IMG/VR virus record: IMGVR_UViG_3300027734_000048
Location: 32,001-96,000 of that record
DNA: 64,000 bases
Direction: 5' to 3' (one strand)
Source: a virus
The notes beneath the pieces are model-generated. The model did not search any database. It was not told the origin of the DNA and saw nothing but the letters and a program-made list of their open reading frames with translations. Of this stretch, positions 20,701 through 29,313 are shown in pieces (position 1 is the stretch's first letter; each line of letters starts with the position of its first letter). The position numbers and the translations under genes are program-made.

Positions 20701-23117
20701 TTTTCTGTGCCCATACCAGTAAGTTCTGCATAACGCTTAAGGTTTGCTTCATTTAATTTTGCAATTCTGTCATATTCTTTTTGTAAAAATCCTGGTAAAT
20801 CTTTAGAAGATGATACTGATTCTGCTTGTGATGTCGGCCCATTATCAAGACCAGACCTTCCCATAATTAGGTTATGGACTCCACGATAACTTGCACCACT
20901 TCTTGAATTATCTGCAGTGCCAGCCATGTACTTTCTAACACTTCCATTTTGCAATGCTGCAACAGTCTCTGGGTTATCTTTAACTGTTTGCTTTGTTAAA
21001 ACAACTTCACCAGGAGTTAGTACTGCTGGAACTGTATCCTTATTTCCAGTACCTGGTACTACTCCACCTGATGACATTCTAATTCCAGATACCGCTCCCT
21101 TAGCACCTGGGGCTGCATTAAATAGTCCTGGACTTGAGGCAGCAAGTGCTCTAGCCTGTGATCCTGCATTTGCATATGCTGCTGCTAGTGCATTAACAGA
21201 TCCTGCCTCAACATTAAATGTATCAATAAGTGTTTTGTGAGACATATGCAAAGCATTTGTTTCTGTAAGATTTTCAATTTCCTGTTGTGTTAAATAATCA
21301 AATCCTCCACCAAGAACTGCATTTTGTCCATTAAGTTTTGCCATGCCACCACGAAGCATTGCAAAGAATTTAATTAAGTTTGCAAGACCGTTTGCAAGCA
21401 AACCAAATGTCATCAGTGCAACTGGTGCTAAACCACCAACAACTCCAATAACAACCGCAATGGCTTTTTTAGTGCCATCACTAAAGTTATTAAATCTTTC
21501 TAAAATTTTTCCAAAGAAATTAACAATTGGAGTTAATGCTTCTAGGAATGCCTTACCAACTGGAACTAACTCTTGCTTTAATTGTTCAATTGATTTTTGA
21601 AATTTGACTCCAACTGCATTTTCTACTTTGCCTAATTCTCGCTCAGATAGAATTGCTAGTTCTTCAACTGATGCCCCTGCTAATCCAAGTGCTCTTGCTG
21701 CTTGTGAAGAATCTTTTGTAACATTTTGAAAGAGTGTTGACAAACGAGCAAACTGGAACTTACCAAATAGTTGCTCAATTGCTCTTGCACGGTTAAGTGG
21801 ATCTAATGTATCAAGTGCTCTAGCAAATCCTACAACAGTTCCTTTTAGATCTCCCTTGTTTGCTTCAACAAGTCCTTTAATATTTATTCCAAGTCCCGCA
21901 AGAAATTCACTAGCCTTTTTTGAAGGATTGATCATAGAAGCAAGACCAGACTTGAGAGCATTAGCACCTTCTGATGCATTAATTCCGCCCTCTTTCATTG
22001 CAGTCATAAAGAATGCAAGATCTTCTACACTTCCACCAAGTTGTTTAATAACTGGTCCAGCCTTTGGAACTGCAATAGTTAAGTCTTCAATAGAAAGTAC
22101 TGTTTGGTTTTCTACTGCGTTAAGAAAGTTAATTTTTTGTGCAAGATCTGTTGCAGCAATACCAAAAGCATTTTGCAAAGAAATTGTTGTCTCAAGTGCT
22201 TGCTGTTGTTCAACTTGACCAAGTACAGAAAGTTTTGTTGCTGCAATCACCTGCTGATTTAGATCATTTCCTGTAAGACCCATTGCTGCTGCTTTGGCTG
22301 CCATTTCAACTGTGTCTTTTACTGCTATTCCGTATTTTGTAAATTCTTTGCCAAGTCTTTGAATATCTTGAACAGCCTTATTGGTTGCATCAGATGTTGT
22401 CGTCATATCACCATAGACTCTTGTAAACTTAACAACCGCCTCTTCCATATCACGGAATGTCTTCATTGCAACAGAACCAAGCATTGTAAGTGGAATTGTC
22501 AAACCAACCATTAACTGGCGACCTGCCCACTGTGTATTTTTACCAAAATTTAAAAGTTGGGTAGAGCCTTGTTTAATTAACTGATTAAGAAGTTGTTGTC
22601 TTTGTGCAGCCATCTGGACTCTAGTTGCATAGTCTGCATATCGTCCATTGGTCATTTCAAGATGTTTTGGAACTACCTTCAAAACTTTTACAAGTTCACC
22701 GTTAGCACTTGTTAGTTGTATATATTGAGACTGAAGTGCCTTTACTCTATCTCTACGAGCACGGTTAATTATGTCTCTTTCAGCAGTAAAAGCACGACCC
22801 AAAACCTTTGTATTTGCAGTTGCTGCTGCAGCGGTGTACCTAAAGTACTCACGCATGCTGAGTTGATTTTTTTCAAGTGCTGTTGTGAATGCACTTGTGC
22901 TTGTTGCTACTGTTTTTTGTGATGCAACAAATTTACCAGTAGAGTTGATTGCCTGAACTAATTGATCATTAAGACCTTTTTGAGCATTTGCTGCTGCAAC
23001 ATTGCCCTGAGTTAGTGACTGATTGAATCGACTCAGACCAGCCTGTAATTGACGTAAACTAGCAAGTGCCTCTGTAGTATCAAAGACAATGCCAATATTA
23101 GCGTTTACATCAGACAA
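14712..23117 (-). CDS. tape measure protein
   Basis: 2801 aa, Ala/Gln-rich and helical, TP901-type core region, DTVPAxLTPGE motif present twice; downstream of tail chaperones; TTG start. Confidence 0.93.
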   Translation of the reverse strand: MSDVNANIGIVFDTTEALASLRQLQAGLSRFNQSLTQGNVAAANAQKGLNDQLVQAINSTGKFVASQKTVATSTSAFTTALEKNQLSMREYFRYTAAAATANTKVLGRAFTAERDIINRARRDRVKALQSQYIQLTSANGELVKVLKVVPKHLEMTNGRYADYATRVQMAAQRQQLLNQLIKQGSTQLLNFGKNTQWAGRQLMVGLTIPLTMLGSVAMKTFRDMEEAVVKFTRVYGDMTTTSDATNKAVQDIQRLGKEFTKYGIAVKDTVEMAAKAAAMGLTGNDLNQQVIAATKLSVLGQVEQQQALETTISLQNAFGIAATDLAQKINFLNAVENQTVLSIEDLTIAVPKAGPVIKQLGGSVEDLAFFMTAMKEGGINASEGANALKSGLASMINPSKKASEFLAGLGINIKGLVEANKGDLKGTVVGFARALDTLDPLNRARAIEQLFGKFQFARLSTLFQNVTKDSSQAARALGLAGASVEELAILSERELGKVENAVGVKFQKSIEQLKQELVPVGKAFLEALTPIVNFFGKILERFNNFSDGTKKAIAVVIGVVGGLAPVALMTFGLLANGLANLIKFFAMLRGGMAKLNGQNAVLGGGFDYLTQQEIENLTETNALHMSHKTLIDTFNVEAGSVNALAAAYANAGSQARALAASSPGLFNAAPGAKGAVSGIRMSSGGVVPGTGNKDTVPAVLTPGEVVLTKQTVKDNPETVAALQNGSVRKYMAGTADNSRSGASYRGVHNLIMGRSGLDNGPTSQAESVSSSKDLPGFLQKEYDRIAKLNEANLKRYAELTGMGTEKTMEEIRAAVLKNFEELLAEVKAKTGKLTQEGLNEIGKAPGADGGPSIMGRWFKKFDEGQGGSFAHVGDTHKVDIGTASGLKVSPKIQKQMDIVKAYYAETGRQAPDVRVADAFGFDMKQSVNRGMASPNQKNFEKKNGKTVGSAFEEEFAKTGAEKWKTMTELVGADFDKIHAQAEIYDKALLQKIQAWNQENAGKKIPEPFTDDVFLKLESEVRKDIDSLIPDFKAVIETAKRTITALRTSIKQEDLGPINDRLAKAGAGTLGPKASNAKYGNVEARTASEVLGTIDDLPESVEKSLTKAEQIAQTASPSKRTRKLGQDIGDGLIEGMKSREAGVASQSDRLANAASNIDTANLEKYRIMKEDPEMRQRQKSIDRHYRKLTGKLVTTTKLNDAIARQTKTTSVNVAESAAQEQRLNDLRQQEIIAKEQAVRNAQDAAAAGNYPGTSQSDLVAGDIGFIGPLTPEQQKTNAANLKAQRKLEVQQARGMRREAVGQYSGKVAGALGTAAMVSGMAGAPTQVTAALGTGSMVASFAPMLAGLSGPQGLALGVAAAAGSVWLMKKHFDATVKKQVDYINSISATTDKMKKIGEITGKVGASELYSRKRQEGSADRYTKIFERGKSQFGTDFFQSDVGKSIKESFVKDLAAGGDQASKKLALQLSAYISDGILTAEQAYSVARQIGLDLGNMTIGTKIQGEITNLVGPDGQNLLVDPLTIRIKIINTQNEITDAMTTAATNAQRTGSASSASTDSFAAAQALQSQNLTIIQAQRDAQKKMYDDEIRKLEAQKLATADKAKQLVIDGKIEDVKKRQAKDDAKLNSFTAKSLKQTSDLFDKSLKGKLPGQIGMNKNAVISASRNAVSAKYTGDAAPLAKALLSQTKGLKSEKIEVLINTLVSGGQLDTVSATNLLNIFGKDENGMYTQITAALKMQDPGKVQQLLTILSNFDEETAKDIFVKMTSKEGAATFENNMNTLSSLMQLDGKELDLEVFLKTKGNLEKLSALLDSVDSKIGTEPVTLTVIEDIVKANPDMPDMTALISDWDKWKDKDPKIQKSVVLTYIELYKTIGKSEIAQYRKNKSIPSVVTDSAVTGMIANDLLPNKVPTSIPSNKPGPASNTNSTGANPLDFLDSLAMRIKNVRDGAFDATTPLKSMIAAFSGKQAQKDVSKMFTLFDGLQQRMIKLGVPKEFRDMISGMSADDFKKFASLPKGKNMFTYEKGKEKTKANITGLTKEGQAVMQTYREAVIGEFNVAQKEVLETTKNQDAAFKILIASGMSTSDALKTVEDSAIAAGIASGAVGKKGSEEMKKFIADAQAASDATSRLNALTKARQANSDFAISKNAPGLAKSMKEAGYSADQINEALSDPDIAKYLIEDLKDGKIEAGDIKDYIDSIAEKKSIDIRVKLAMGDFAGAAEEGRQLVNEMFSVQEALIKNGPLGQQLDSNNQKIADYQAQLLPFQKQVADINQSIADAQRSIEIAYTRPIEALNTQVESLDRQLETSPIFGNRAMQAIQDQNTIYGNDLAIISHQADAVNKSYDEQVKNLNEVKAVNDQIIAQQGRQLGLADALTQGDIAAAAQAAQEMRQANADQYATSQMDALEQSRQNALGRLKGPQSGLTEIQIQEQQYQNAQKLYAMENNPARLKIVADIKAKQDEIYNLQQLQNAELAKIKTKEDEIYNIENTKIRPIQTNIDALTYENIVLQNQIDKQVASLKVMGQTRGEWDLTFAKIDASALASKNLDTAFGALLTSATAINNMWASILSKIQQYAAGVPGSVTTQQNNFTPPPVTKPKTTTTPEADAAANQANAMVAFALAKTTDDVNTAVSDAVKAGLTPSVVANAMASSLVGTGMSAADAAMTARWTGQGLAYQAQVAAQEKAQAARVAADAAMFPGGRRGGYSSGGFVPKYFAIGGFAKGTDTVPAMLTPGEFVMSKYAVDNYGTGTMKAINNGSQQLGSVYNYELTVNVKSDANANDIANTVMTKIKQVDSMRLRGNKL

Positions 23118-23134
23118 TCATTACACCCTCTTTT

Positions 23135-23464
23135 TTATTTTGACATTTGACCAACGAGTGCTGTTGTATCTGAAAGTGAGAATCCAGATGCTGCATCGAT
23201 GATCTTGTAGACCGTTGGAAGGTCTAGGCTTTCTTCAAGTTTTTCTCTATCTTCTGCAAGATCTGGATAGAATTGCTTAAATGCAATTTGAACGCAGTCG
23301 AGCAGTAGATCCATTGACTTGTCATTATCATCCGCTACTTCTGTTAGACCAGTAAACTTCTTCATGAATGGTCGCAATAGTGAAATCTTTAGCGGTTTTA
23401 CTTCAAACTCTGTACCGTCAACAAGTCTTAACTTTTGAACAGTATTTTCTACATTGTCAGTCAT
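23135..23464 (-). CDS. tail assembly chaperone (short, gpG-like)
   Basis: Lies just before the tape measure; GGAGG RBS; paralogous to the N-terminus of 23515..24195. Confidence 0.75.
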   Translation of the reverse strand: MTDNVENTVQKLRLVDGTEFEVKPLKISLLRPFMKKFTGLTEVADDNDKSMDLLLDCVQIAFKQFYPDLAEDREKLEESLDLPTVYKIIDAASGFSLSDTTALVGQMSK

Positions 23465-23514
23465 TTTTCCTCCGTTAGGTTGATAGTTAATTATACCATA
23501 GCAGGTATTATTTT

Positions 23515-24195
23515 TTAATCAATTCTTTCATATGTCAGGCCCATTCCAATGCCAAATCCTGCATTTGCTGCATTTTGTCCTTGAAGGGCAACTATATCAT
23601 TTGCATTGGCTGCTTTGCCTTTGCTAAACACTCTAGCCTTCATTTCTTCCCATTCGTTTGATTTATTGTTTTTATCTAAATCAACTCCCTGCATGGCTGC
23701 TAGAAATTTTTTATGCGTGTAGTCTTCTTCTCTTTTAACATTCAAGACTGCAGTAAGTTCTGGCATAGAGAGAGATTTTTCCAACTCGTTATAATCTTTC
23801 CATATGCCAAGAAGAAACACCTCTGATTCTAGTTGTGCTAAATCCAAATCATCCCAAGAAGATCCACTCTCTACTGCTTGTTTCTTTACTGGTTCTTCTG
23901 AGTCTTTGTCTATTTTTATACCAGCCGAAAAATCAAGTAGTTTATAGATTGTCTTTAAATCTACAAACTCCTCAAAACGATCAATGCTTGTTGCTATATC
24001 TGGCTTAAACTGTTTCATGCATTCCATAGCACAAATAGATAATGCCGTGATAGTTTCATAATCATTTTTGGCCTTTTTAACATCTTCAAATTTTTCCATA
24101 AAACGTCTTAGATATTTTATTTTTAATGGTGATATTTCTAACTCTTCACCATCTATTAAATATATATAGTTTATTTTATAAATTTCAGTAGCCAT
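23515..24195 (-). CDS. tail assembly chaperone (long, gpGT-like)
   Basis: Shares the L(I/V)DG.E.E..PLKI..LR.FM.KF motif with the short chaperone and has about 110 extra C-terminal residues. Confidence 0.7.
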   Translation of the reverse strand: MATEIYKINYIYLIDGEELEISPLKIKYLRRFMEKFEDVKKAKNDYETITALSICAMECMKQFKPDIATSIDRFEEFVDLKTIYKLLDFSAGIKIDKDSEEPVKKQAVESGSSWDDLDLAQLESEVFLLGIWKDYNELEKSLSMPELTAVLNVKREEDYTHKKFLAAMQGVDLDKNNKSNEWEEMKARVFSKGKAANANDIVALQGQNAANAGFGIGMGLTYERID

Positions 24196-24218
24196 CTATA
24201 TAGTATACCAAAAACAAA

Positions 24219-24250
24219 ATTGCCCCGCTCAAATTAATGAGAAGGGCAAT
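24219..24250 (-). terminator. intrinsic terminator after major tail gene
   Basis: ATTGCCC...GGGCAAT stem followed on the minus strand by TTTGTTTTT. Confidence 0.7.
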
Positions 24251-24267
24251 AATGTTATTAAGTTGTA

Positions 24268-24921
24268 TTAGACTGCTGCTGGAATTGTACGATCTACGAT
24301 CTTACCGTATGATGCATCATCATTTGGAAGAAGGCGGAAAGATACTTCAAACATTGTCGCTTCGTCACGCTTTGCTGATACTGTTACATTTTCGATTGAA
24401 AGTGCACGGTATGCAACATAAATACGTTCGATTGAAGATCCTGCTGCACAGTCACCTGTACCTGGACCAACTGCTACCAAACCACGCTCAACTGGGCATT
24501 CGCCTAGTTCGCCTGCAGAAAGGTTAAGTTCCATAGAACCTGTTGCAAGTCCTGTACCTGTTAGGTCAGACTTGTCTGTATCTTTTGCTGCTAATGCAAC
24601 AAGAAGATTTTCGAGAGTTGCCTCTGCGAATGTTGTGTTCAAGTTTACTTGCATGCCTTGCTTGTATAGTTTAGCAACGTCAAGCACCTGATCCACTGCA
24701 ACCTCACCAAAATCTGGCTGGAACTGTAGTTCCAAACCATTCATTGTGTAACCAACATTGCGGAAGTCATCTTCATTTGCTGTCAAAGACAGTGTATCTT
24801 TAAATGATACTCCATTTGCGTATGCTGGAAGGTCTGAGTCTTGAAGTTGTCCACCTTCATATGTGAAAAGTGCTGCTGCACCCACGATGATTTGTGAACT
24901 GTTACCTCTTGTATATGCCAT
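24268..24921 (-). CDS. major tail protein
   Basis: ATG at 24921 has a GAGGTG RBS; IIVGAA...VGYT..G...DQ motifs; high-expression codon bias; position in the tail module. Confidence 0.85.
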   Translation of the reverse strand: MAYTRGNSSQIIVGAAALFTYEGGQLQDSDLPAYANGVSFKDTLSLTANEDDFRNVGYTMNGLELQFQPDFGEVAVDQVLDVAKLYKQGMQVNLNTTFAEATLENLLVALAAKDTDKSDLTGTGLATGSMELNLSAGELGECPVERGLVAVGPGTGDCAAGSSIERIYVAYRALSIENVTVSAKRDEATMFEVSFRLLPNDDASYGKIVDRTIPAAV

Positions 24922-24992
24922 AGTTTTCACCTCTTTTTTTCTTATAGAATAAAGGGCTTGTTTCCTCAAGTATAATTATACAGCCCTTTTTA

Positions 24993-25544
24993 TTAATTTA
25001 TAGATTCAATTATGTCTGGCATTTGATGATAGTCATAGTCAATGATCATTTTATTACCGCCGTAGGTTCTGGCTGTTCCAAAGTCAATAATATCCCTGAC
25101 CTCTTCTAGTTGGTATATCTTAAAATTGTGGAAATAAAATTGGCAGGTCATGCCATCAATAACTCTTCCTTTGGCCCAATCATTTATTTCTTGAGCAGTT
25201 TCATCTCCACGATCCATATACCTAAGAACTGCTTCTTGAACCCTTATCATATTTTCAATTACAGTATTTTGAGTTGCATAAAAATAATACAATAGTTGCT
25301 CACATTTAATGTGTGGGAAAGGAGATCTTCTCATTCTAATTAGTCTGTCATATACAGCAAGAACACCAGTATATGAGACTCTTTCCTCATTAATAACAAT
25401 CCACTGTTCTGTAAGATCATCTAGGGTAGTTGGTGTTGTTGGAAAAAATGGAACTGGAACTCTTGATATCTCAAAAATTTTTTCTTGAAGATATGAGTTT
25501 ATCCATAGCCCTGGTGTGTTTAATGTTGATTTTGGTTCTTCCAT
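24993..25544 (-). CDS. tail terminator / completion protein
   Basis: Located immediately upstream of the major tail gene. Confidence 0.55.
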   Translation of the reverse strand: MEEPKSTLNTPGLWINSYLQEKIFEISRVPVPFFPTTPTTLDDLTEQWIVINEERVSYTGVLAVYDRLIRMRRSPFPHIKCEQLLYYFYATQNTVIENMIRVQEAVLRYMDRGDETAQEINDWAKGRVIDGMTCQFYFHNFKIYQLEEVRDIIDFGTARTYGGNKMIIDYDYHQMPDIIESIN

Positions 25545-26218
25545 TATGCCACCACCTTAGCATTTGCTACCCAACGATATCCTACTGCTTTACCAACACT
25601 CTTACCACCAGTTTTACCTCTACGCAAGTTTGCTTTATATACCGTTGGATTATTAAAGTATTGCGATAGACCACTAGATCTTAAAAATGCTTGAGTAAAA
25701 TATACATTAAAAAATGTATCGAATGTATTTGCAAACTGTCCCTGTACATTTCCTCCAGGATTTTGTACAGTTACTGGCTTTTTTGTATATACTGCTTCTC
25801 CACCAACTTCAAATCTTAAAACATCAGAATTTTTTGGTGCTATTGTTACTGCTATTCCATTTTCCATAATTCTTGCCTTATCCTGAAATGGAACATTTGA
25901 TCCTGTCTGAATACTTGTAGACTGCTTAAAGTCAGAAGTGAATGATACGCCACGATTATTTATTGAGTATTTAATATCAAATAGTCTTGCATTTTGATTG
26001 CCTGCGTTATACCACTCATAAACATGATGAAGTGACTGTTCATCTACCCGTGCATTTGAGTCAATAAATAAACCTGCCTGCTCTGAAACAGCAGAACCAA
26101 GATTATTTAAAAACTCTGTTTTTGCAGCAACGGATCCTTCAACAAATCCGTATGAATAGTTGACTATGTTATTTATCTCTTTATTAAACTTTCTTGCATC
26201 AAACTTAAGGGTTATCAT
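25544..26218 (-). CDS. neck / tail completion protein
   Basis: Synteny; basic C-terminus; TIAPKNSDVLRF...V.NPG motif. Confidence 0.55.
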   Translation of the reverse strand: MITLKFDARKFNKEINNIVNYSYGFVEGSVAAKTEFLNNLGSAVSEQAGLFIDSNARVDEQSLHHVYEWYNAGNQNARLFDIKYSINNRGVSFTSDFKQSTSIQTGSNVPFQDKARIMENGIAVTIAPKNSDVLRFEVGGEAVYTKKPVTVQNPGGNVQGQFANTFDTFFNVYFTQAFLRSSGLSQYFNNPTVYKANLRRGKTGGKSVGKAVGYRWVANAKVVA

Positions 26219-26661
26219 ATATCTACCGCCTGGTTTTCTGATCTGCGTAAAACTAACTTGTAGTAGTCTACTTTTCCAAATGGACCAAGGAATGGCTCCT
26301 GTGATGCAACTTCAAATATTGTAGACTTTCCCGCTCTAGGGCCAGCGGTTTCTACATAAACATTATTGCAATTTCTATCTTGAATGTTTGTTAAAATTAT
26401 GTTTGTTATAGATGTGCCAGAGTCAAGACTAGACACTCTTATATCTGATTTAACTCTGCCAATAAGTAAAGTATCTTGTGTGATATTTACATTTGGGACA
26501 ATTTCTTCTTTTGTTTTTAAACCAGAAGTTGTAAAATGACAAGCAATAACTTTATCTAAAATCCACTGCTTCTTAACATTTCCATAAGTACCCTGCTCAA
26601 CAATTGGATAAAAAACATCCACCTGCATAGGGAACATAAAATCTTTTCCCTCGCACTGCAT
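26215..26661 (-). CDS. head-to-tail stopper
   Basis: Synteny; YGNVKKQW beta-rich pattern. Confidence 0.55.
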   Translation of the reverse strand: MQCEGKDFMFPMQVDVFYPIVEQGTYGNVKKQWILDKVIACHFTTSGLKTKEEIVPNVNITQDTLLIGRVKSDIRVSSLDSGTSITNIILTNIQDRNCNNVYVETAGPRAGKSTIFEVASQEPFLGPFGKVDYYKLVLRRSENQAVDI

Positions 26662-27572
26662 TAGATCAATCCTGGCTTAGGTATTGTGACTGTATATTTA
26701 TCTAAAATCTTATCAACAATCATATTGCCAGTTCCCTCAAATATTTTTTTATCGAACTGAATCTTGAACTGATCTGAATTATACGATGTTACGTAGCGTG
26801 TGTAATAATCTAACTTGCCACACTTTAGGTCTTCGATTAAAAGTTTAGTTGCATATTCAACATCAGGTGGTAGTGCTCTATAGCCAATATCAAGGACAAA
26901 TGTATAGTCCCATCCCTTTGGAAAGGCTACTGCTGATGTTCCAAAAACATTTGCTAAATCTCCAAACGCTCTTGGATATTGCTGTGCTCCAGTTTCAATT
27001 CTATTATATTGTTCTGCGATAACTCTTTGAATTGCTGAGTTGTCAAATGTGACCATAAAATCATACATATTTGTTTCTGGTGTTTCAACATCATAAACTA
27101 AAACATTGTTTTCATAAACCTTTAGAACCTTATTTAGGTCTTCCCAAATTGAAAAATAATCTGATCCATCTGCAACTTTTTGCACTATATGCTTGCTATT
27201 GTAAAAACCATCTACGATAACTGTATCAATAATAGATCTGGCAACCATTTCAAATGTTTTGTATTCTTCAATTTCTGAGGCAGTCGTTCCTAGTTTGTTT
27301 GGATCTGTATACGGTCTAACAATATCTAGGTTTTCTTCATATAGTGTATGGATATGCTCTGTGTCATAAAACTTAATAAAAAATTTACGGTCATATTGGA
27401 CCTGTGCCAAAGGTATTTCATAAATCAATTTTCCATTGGCATCTGAAAAAATATTAGTTTCAGTTACTGAGTGATCCACCAAATCCTCAACATAGACAAC
27501 ATACTCATAATTGGGTATAGGCAAAGTCCATGTTGTTGTTAAAGGATATGGTGGAACTCTCAATACTTCCAT
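26661..27572 (-). CDS. head-to-tail adaptor
   Basis: GY..LPPDVEYAT and TGN..VD.IL..Y motifs; downstream of capsid. Confidence 0.65.
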   Translation of the reverse strand: MEVLRVPPYPLTTTWTLPIPNYEYVVYVEDLVDHSVTETNIFSDANGKLIYEIPLAQVQYDRKFFIKFYDTEHIHTLYEENLDIVRPYTDPNKLGTTASEIEEYKTFEMVARSIIDTVIVDGFYNSKHIVQKVADGSDYFSIWEDLNKVLKVYENNVLVYDVETPETNMYDFMVTFDNSAIQRVIAEQYNRIETGAQQYPRAFGDLANVFGTSAVAFPKGWDYTFVLDIGYRALPPDVEYATKLLIEDLKCGKLDYYTRYVTSYNSDQFKIQFDKKIFEGTGNMIVDKILDKYTVTIPKPGLI

Positions 27573-27575
27573 TAA

Positions 27576-28037
27576 TTATGCACCAAATTCCGATTTAACT
27601 TCTTCTGGTGTAACTAGTGTTACGTGATCACGAGTAAGCCATTGTTCTGCTTCTTTTTGAGAAACGATATTGATTCCCTTTGAAACCTTACCAACGCCAA
27701 CCCAAGAAACATTCTTAGTTGACTTAACAGCAACTGTCTTTTCATCCTTTGCAGGCTTTGCTACTGCTGCCTTGCGTGGTTCACGCTTTGCAGTAGTTGC
27801 ACCAATTGCTCCATTGGCTACTGTTCCAACAGCCTGAACTGTATCTGATCCAGCATATGATGGTGCTGCGATTGCTGTTGGTTCTTCTGCTTTTTCTTCT
27901 TCCTGAGCAGGGGCTGCAGGTGCTTCTTCAACAACTGGTGTTTCTACAACTGGTGCCTCTTCGACAACTGCTGTTTCTACAACTTCTGGTGTTTCTACAA
28001 CTGCTTCTTCTGCAGGATTATTATTAAAATCTTCCAT
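27576..28037 (-). CDS. hypothetical protein with acidic Glu/Ala/Pro/Val-rich N-terminus
   Basis: Low-complexity VVE(T/E)(P/A) repeats plus a small folded C-terminus; AGGAGG RBS. Confidence 0.6.
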   Translation of the reverse strand: MEDFNNNPAEEAVVETPEVVETAVVEEAPVVETPVVEEAPAAPAQEEEKAEEPTAIAAPSYAGSDTVQAVGTVANGAIGATTAKREPRKAAVAKPAKDEKTVAVKSTKNVSWVGVGKVSKGINIVSQKEAEQWLTRDHVTLVTPEEVKSEFGA

Positions 28038-28076
28038 TATTTCCTCCTGAATAGTATTATATCATTATAAATGATA

Positions 28077-28108
28077 AGGGGAGCAGGAGCGTTAACTCCT
28101 ACTCCCCC
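28077..28108 (-). terminator. terminator/stem-loop after major capsid gene
   Basis: AGGGGAG.AGGAG / CTCCT.CTCCCCT inverted repeat 20 nt after the capsid stop. Confidence 0.7.
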
Positions 28109-28128
28109 TAAAGTTTTACTGTTACAGA

Positions 28129-29277
28129 TTATGCATCTGCTGCAGCGTCAGCCCATGCGATTGCATCTTGTTCTTCCCACTGAATACCGAAGCGAACGAA
28201 GACTGTATATTCTACAGTGTCCTTCTTTGGCTTGTATTCACGGTTAACTGTGATGTCACGCTGGAATCCCCATACACGGTTCTGTGGGAATGTCAAGTCG
28301 ACATATCCTGCAGGGTAGTAAGGAACTTCTTGTACGTCAATTCCGAGAACACGAGTTGTACGTGCTCCACCGAATGTCTGTGCTGTACCATCAAGGTATG
28401 CTTGACGGTTTGCAGGTGTACCTGCTGGTGTACCAGCAAATGCTTCTGCGATTGCGTCTGCAAGAGTACCATTATTCTTAATGATTCCCTGGAACGCATC
28501 TGTACCAGCATAGAACTTCAAGTTAGACTTGATTGCACGGTACTTACGTGGCATTGCAAGAATGATCTTCTGCATTGCATCTGTTGTCCAGTTATTATTT
28601 GTAACTGTAACAACTGCTTCGTGAGCATCTCCATCAGTCTTAACATGAGGTACGAAACCTTCCATGATTGAAAGAAATGCGTCTGATCCTGTTCCTGTTC
28701 CGTTGATTGCAAGGTCTTCGATATCATTACCGAAAGCATTTGTCATCAAACGTACAATGTGATCTTCTAGTTGTGCACCTTCGATATTATCTTCTAGTGC
28801 TTCTGCAGAAACTTCCCAGTCAAGACGAATCTTCTTTGTAGTCAATTCAACCTTTGAGAATGTTGCTCCTGCGTTTGTGTAGTCGCCAACTGCTTGCGCT
28901 GCTGCACGAATTACACGCTCTCCGACGTTTACCTTTTCGAGTTCCATTGTATTGGCTCTCATAGTAACACGACGGCCATCTTGGGCGAGAGTGGTTGCAT
29001 CCCACACGTAGTCAATAAAACGACGTGCTTGCTCTGGGCGTAGGATACCTGATCCAGCCTCACCTGAAGGGTTTACTGCGTTTGGTCCTGTTGTTAGACC
29101 GTTATTTGATGTAGGGATGTTTCCAAGTACTCCACCGTCTGTGTAGTTACCTGGTACGTTTACTCCTGCATCTGAACCTGATGCGAATGCTCCCTGACCC
29201 TGATAGAGTCCTGGTGCTGTTCCACCTAGATTACCTGAAGTTCCAGGTTGGTTCTTGATTATTTCTTGTTCCGACAT
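28129..29277 (-). CDS. major capsid protein (HK97 fold)
   Basis: GILRPEQARRFID and EALEDNIEG motifs; follows portal and protease; strong RBS and codon bias. Confidence 0.92.
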   Translation of the reverse strand: MSEQEIIKNQPGTSGNLGGTAPGLYQGQGAFASGSDAGVNVPGNYTDGGVLGNIPTSNNGLTTGPNAVNPSGEAGSGILRPEQARRFIDYVWDATTLAQDGRRVTMRANTMELEKVNVGERVIRAAAQAVGDYTNAGATFSKVELTTKKIRLDWEVSAEALEDNIEGAQLEDHIVRLMTNAFGNDIEDLAINGTGTGSDAFLSIMEGFVPHVKTDGDAHEAVVTVTNNNWTTDAMQKIILAMPRKYRAIKSNLKFYAGTDAFQGIIKNNGTLADAIAEAFAGTPAGTPANRQAYLDGTAQTFGGARTTRVLGIDVQEVPYYPAGYVDLTFPQNRVWGFQRDITVNREYKPKKDTVEYTVFVRFGIQWEEQDAIAWADAAADA

Positions 29278-29313
29278 ATTGTCACCTCCTGTGATTTTTA
29301 CTTATTTTATTTT

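Noticed and set aside
15446-22922. Numerous short, mostly plus-strand ORFs within the tape measure (and similar ones in capsid and fibre genes)
   Set aside because: They are antisense or alternative-frame shadows of biased-codon genes and have no RBS or motifs
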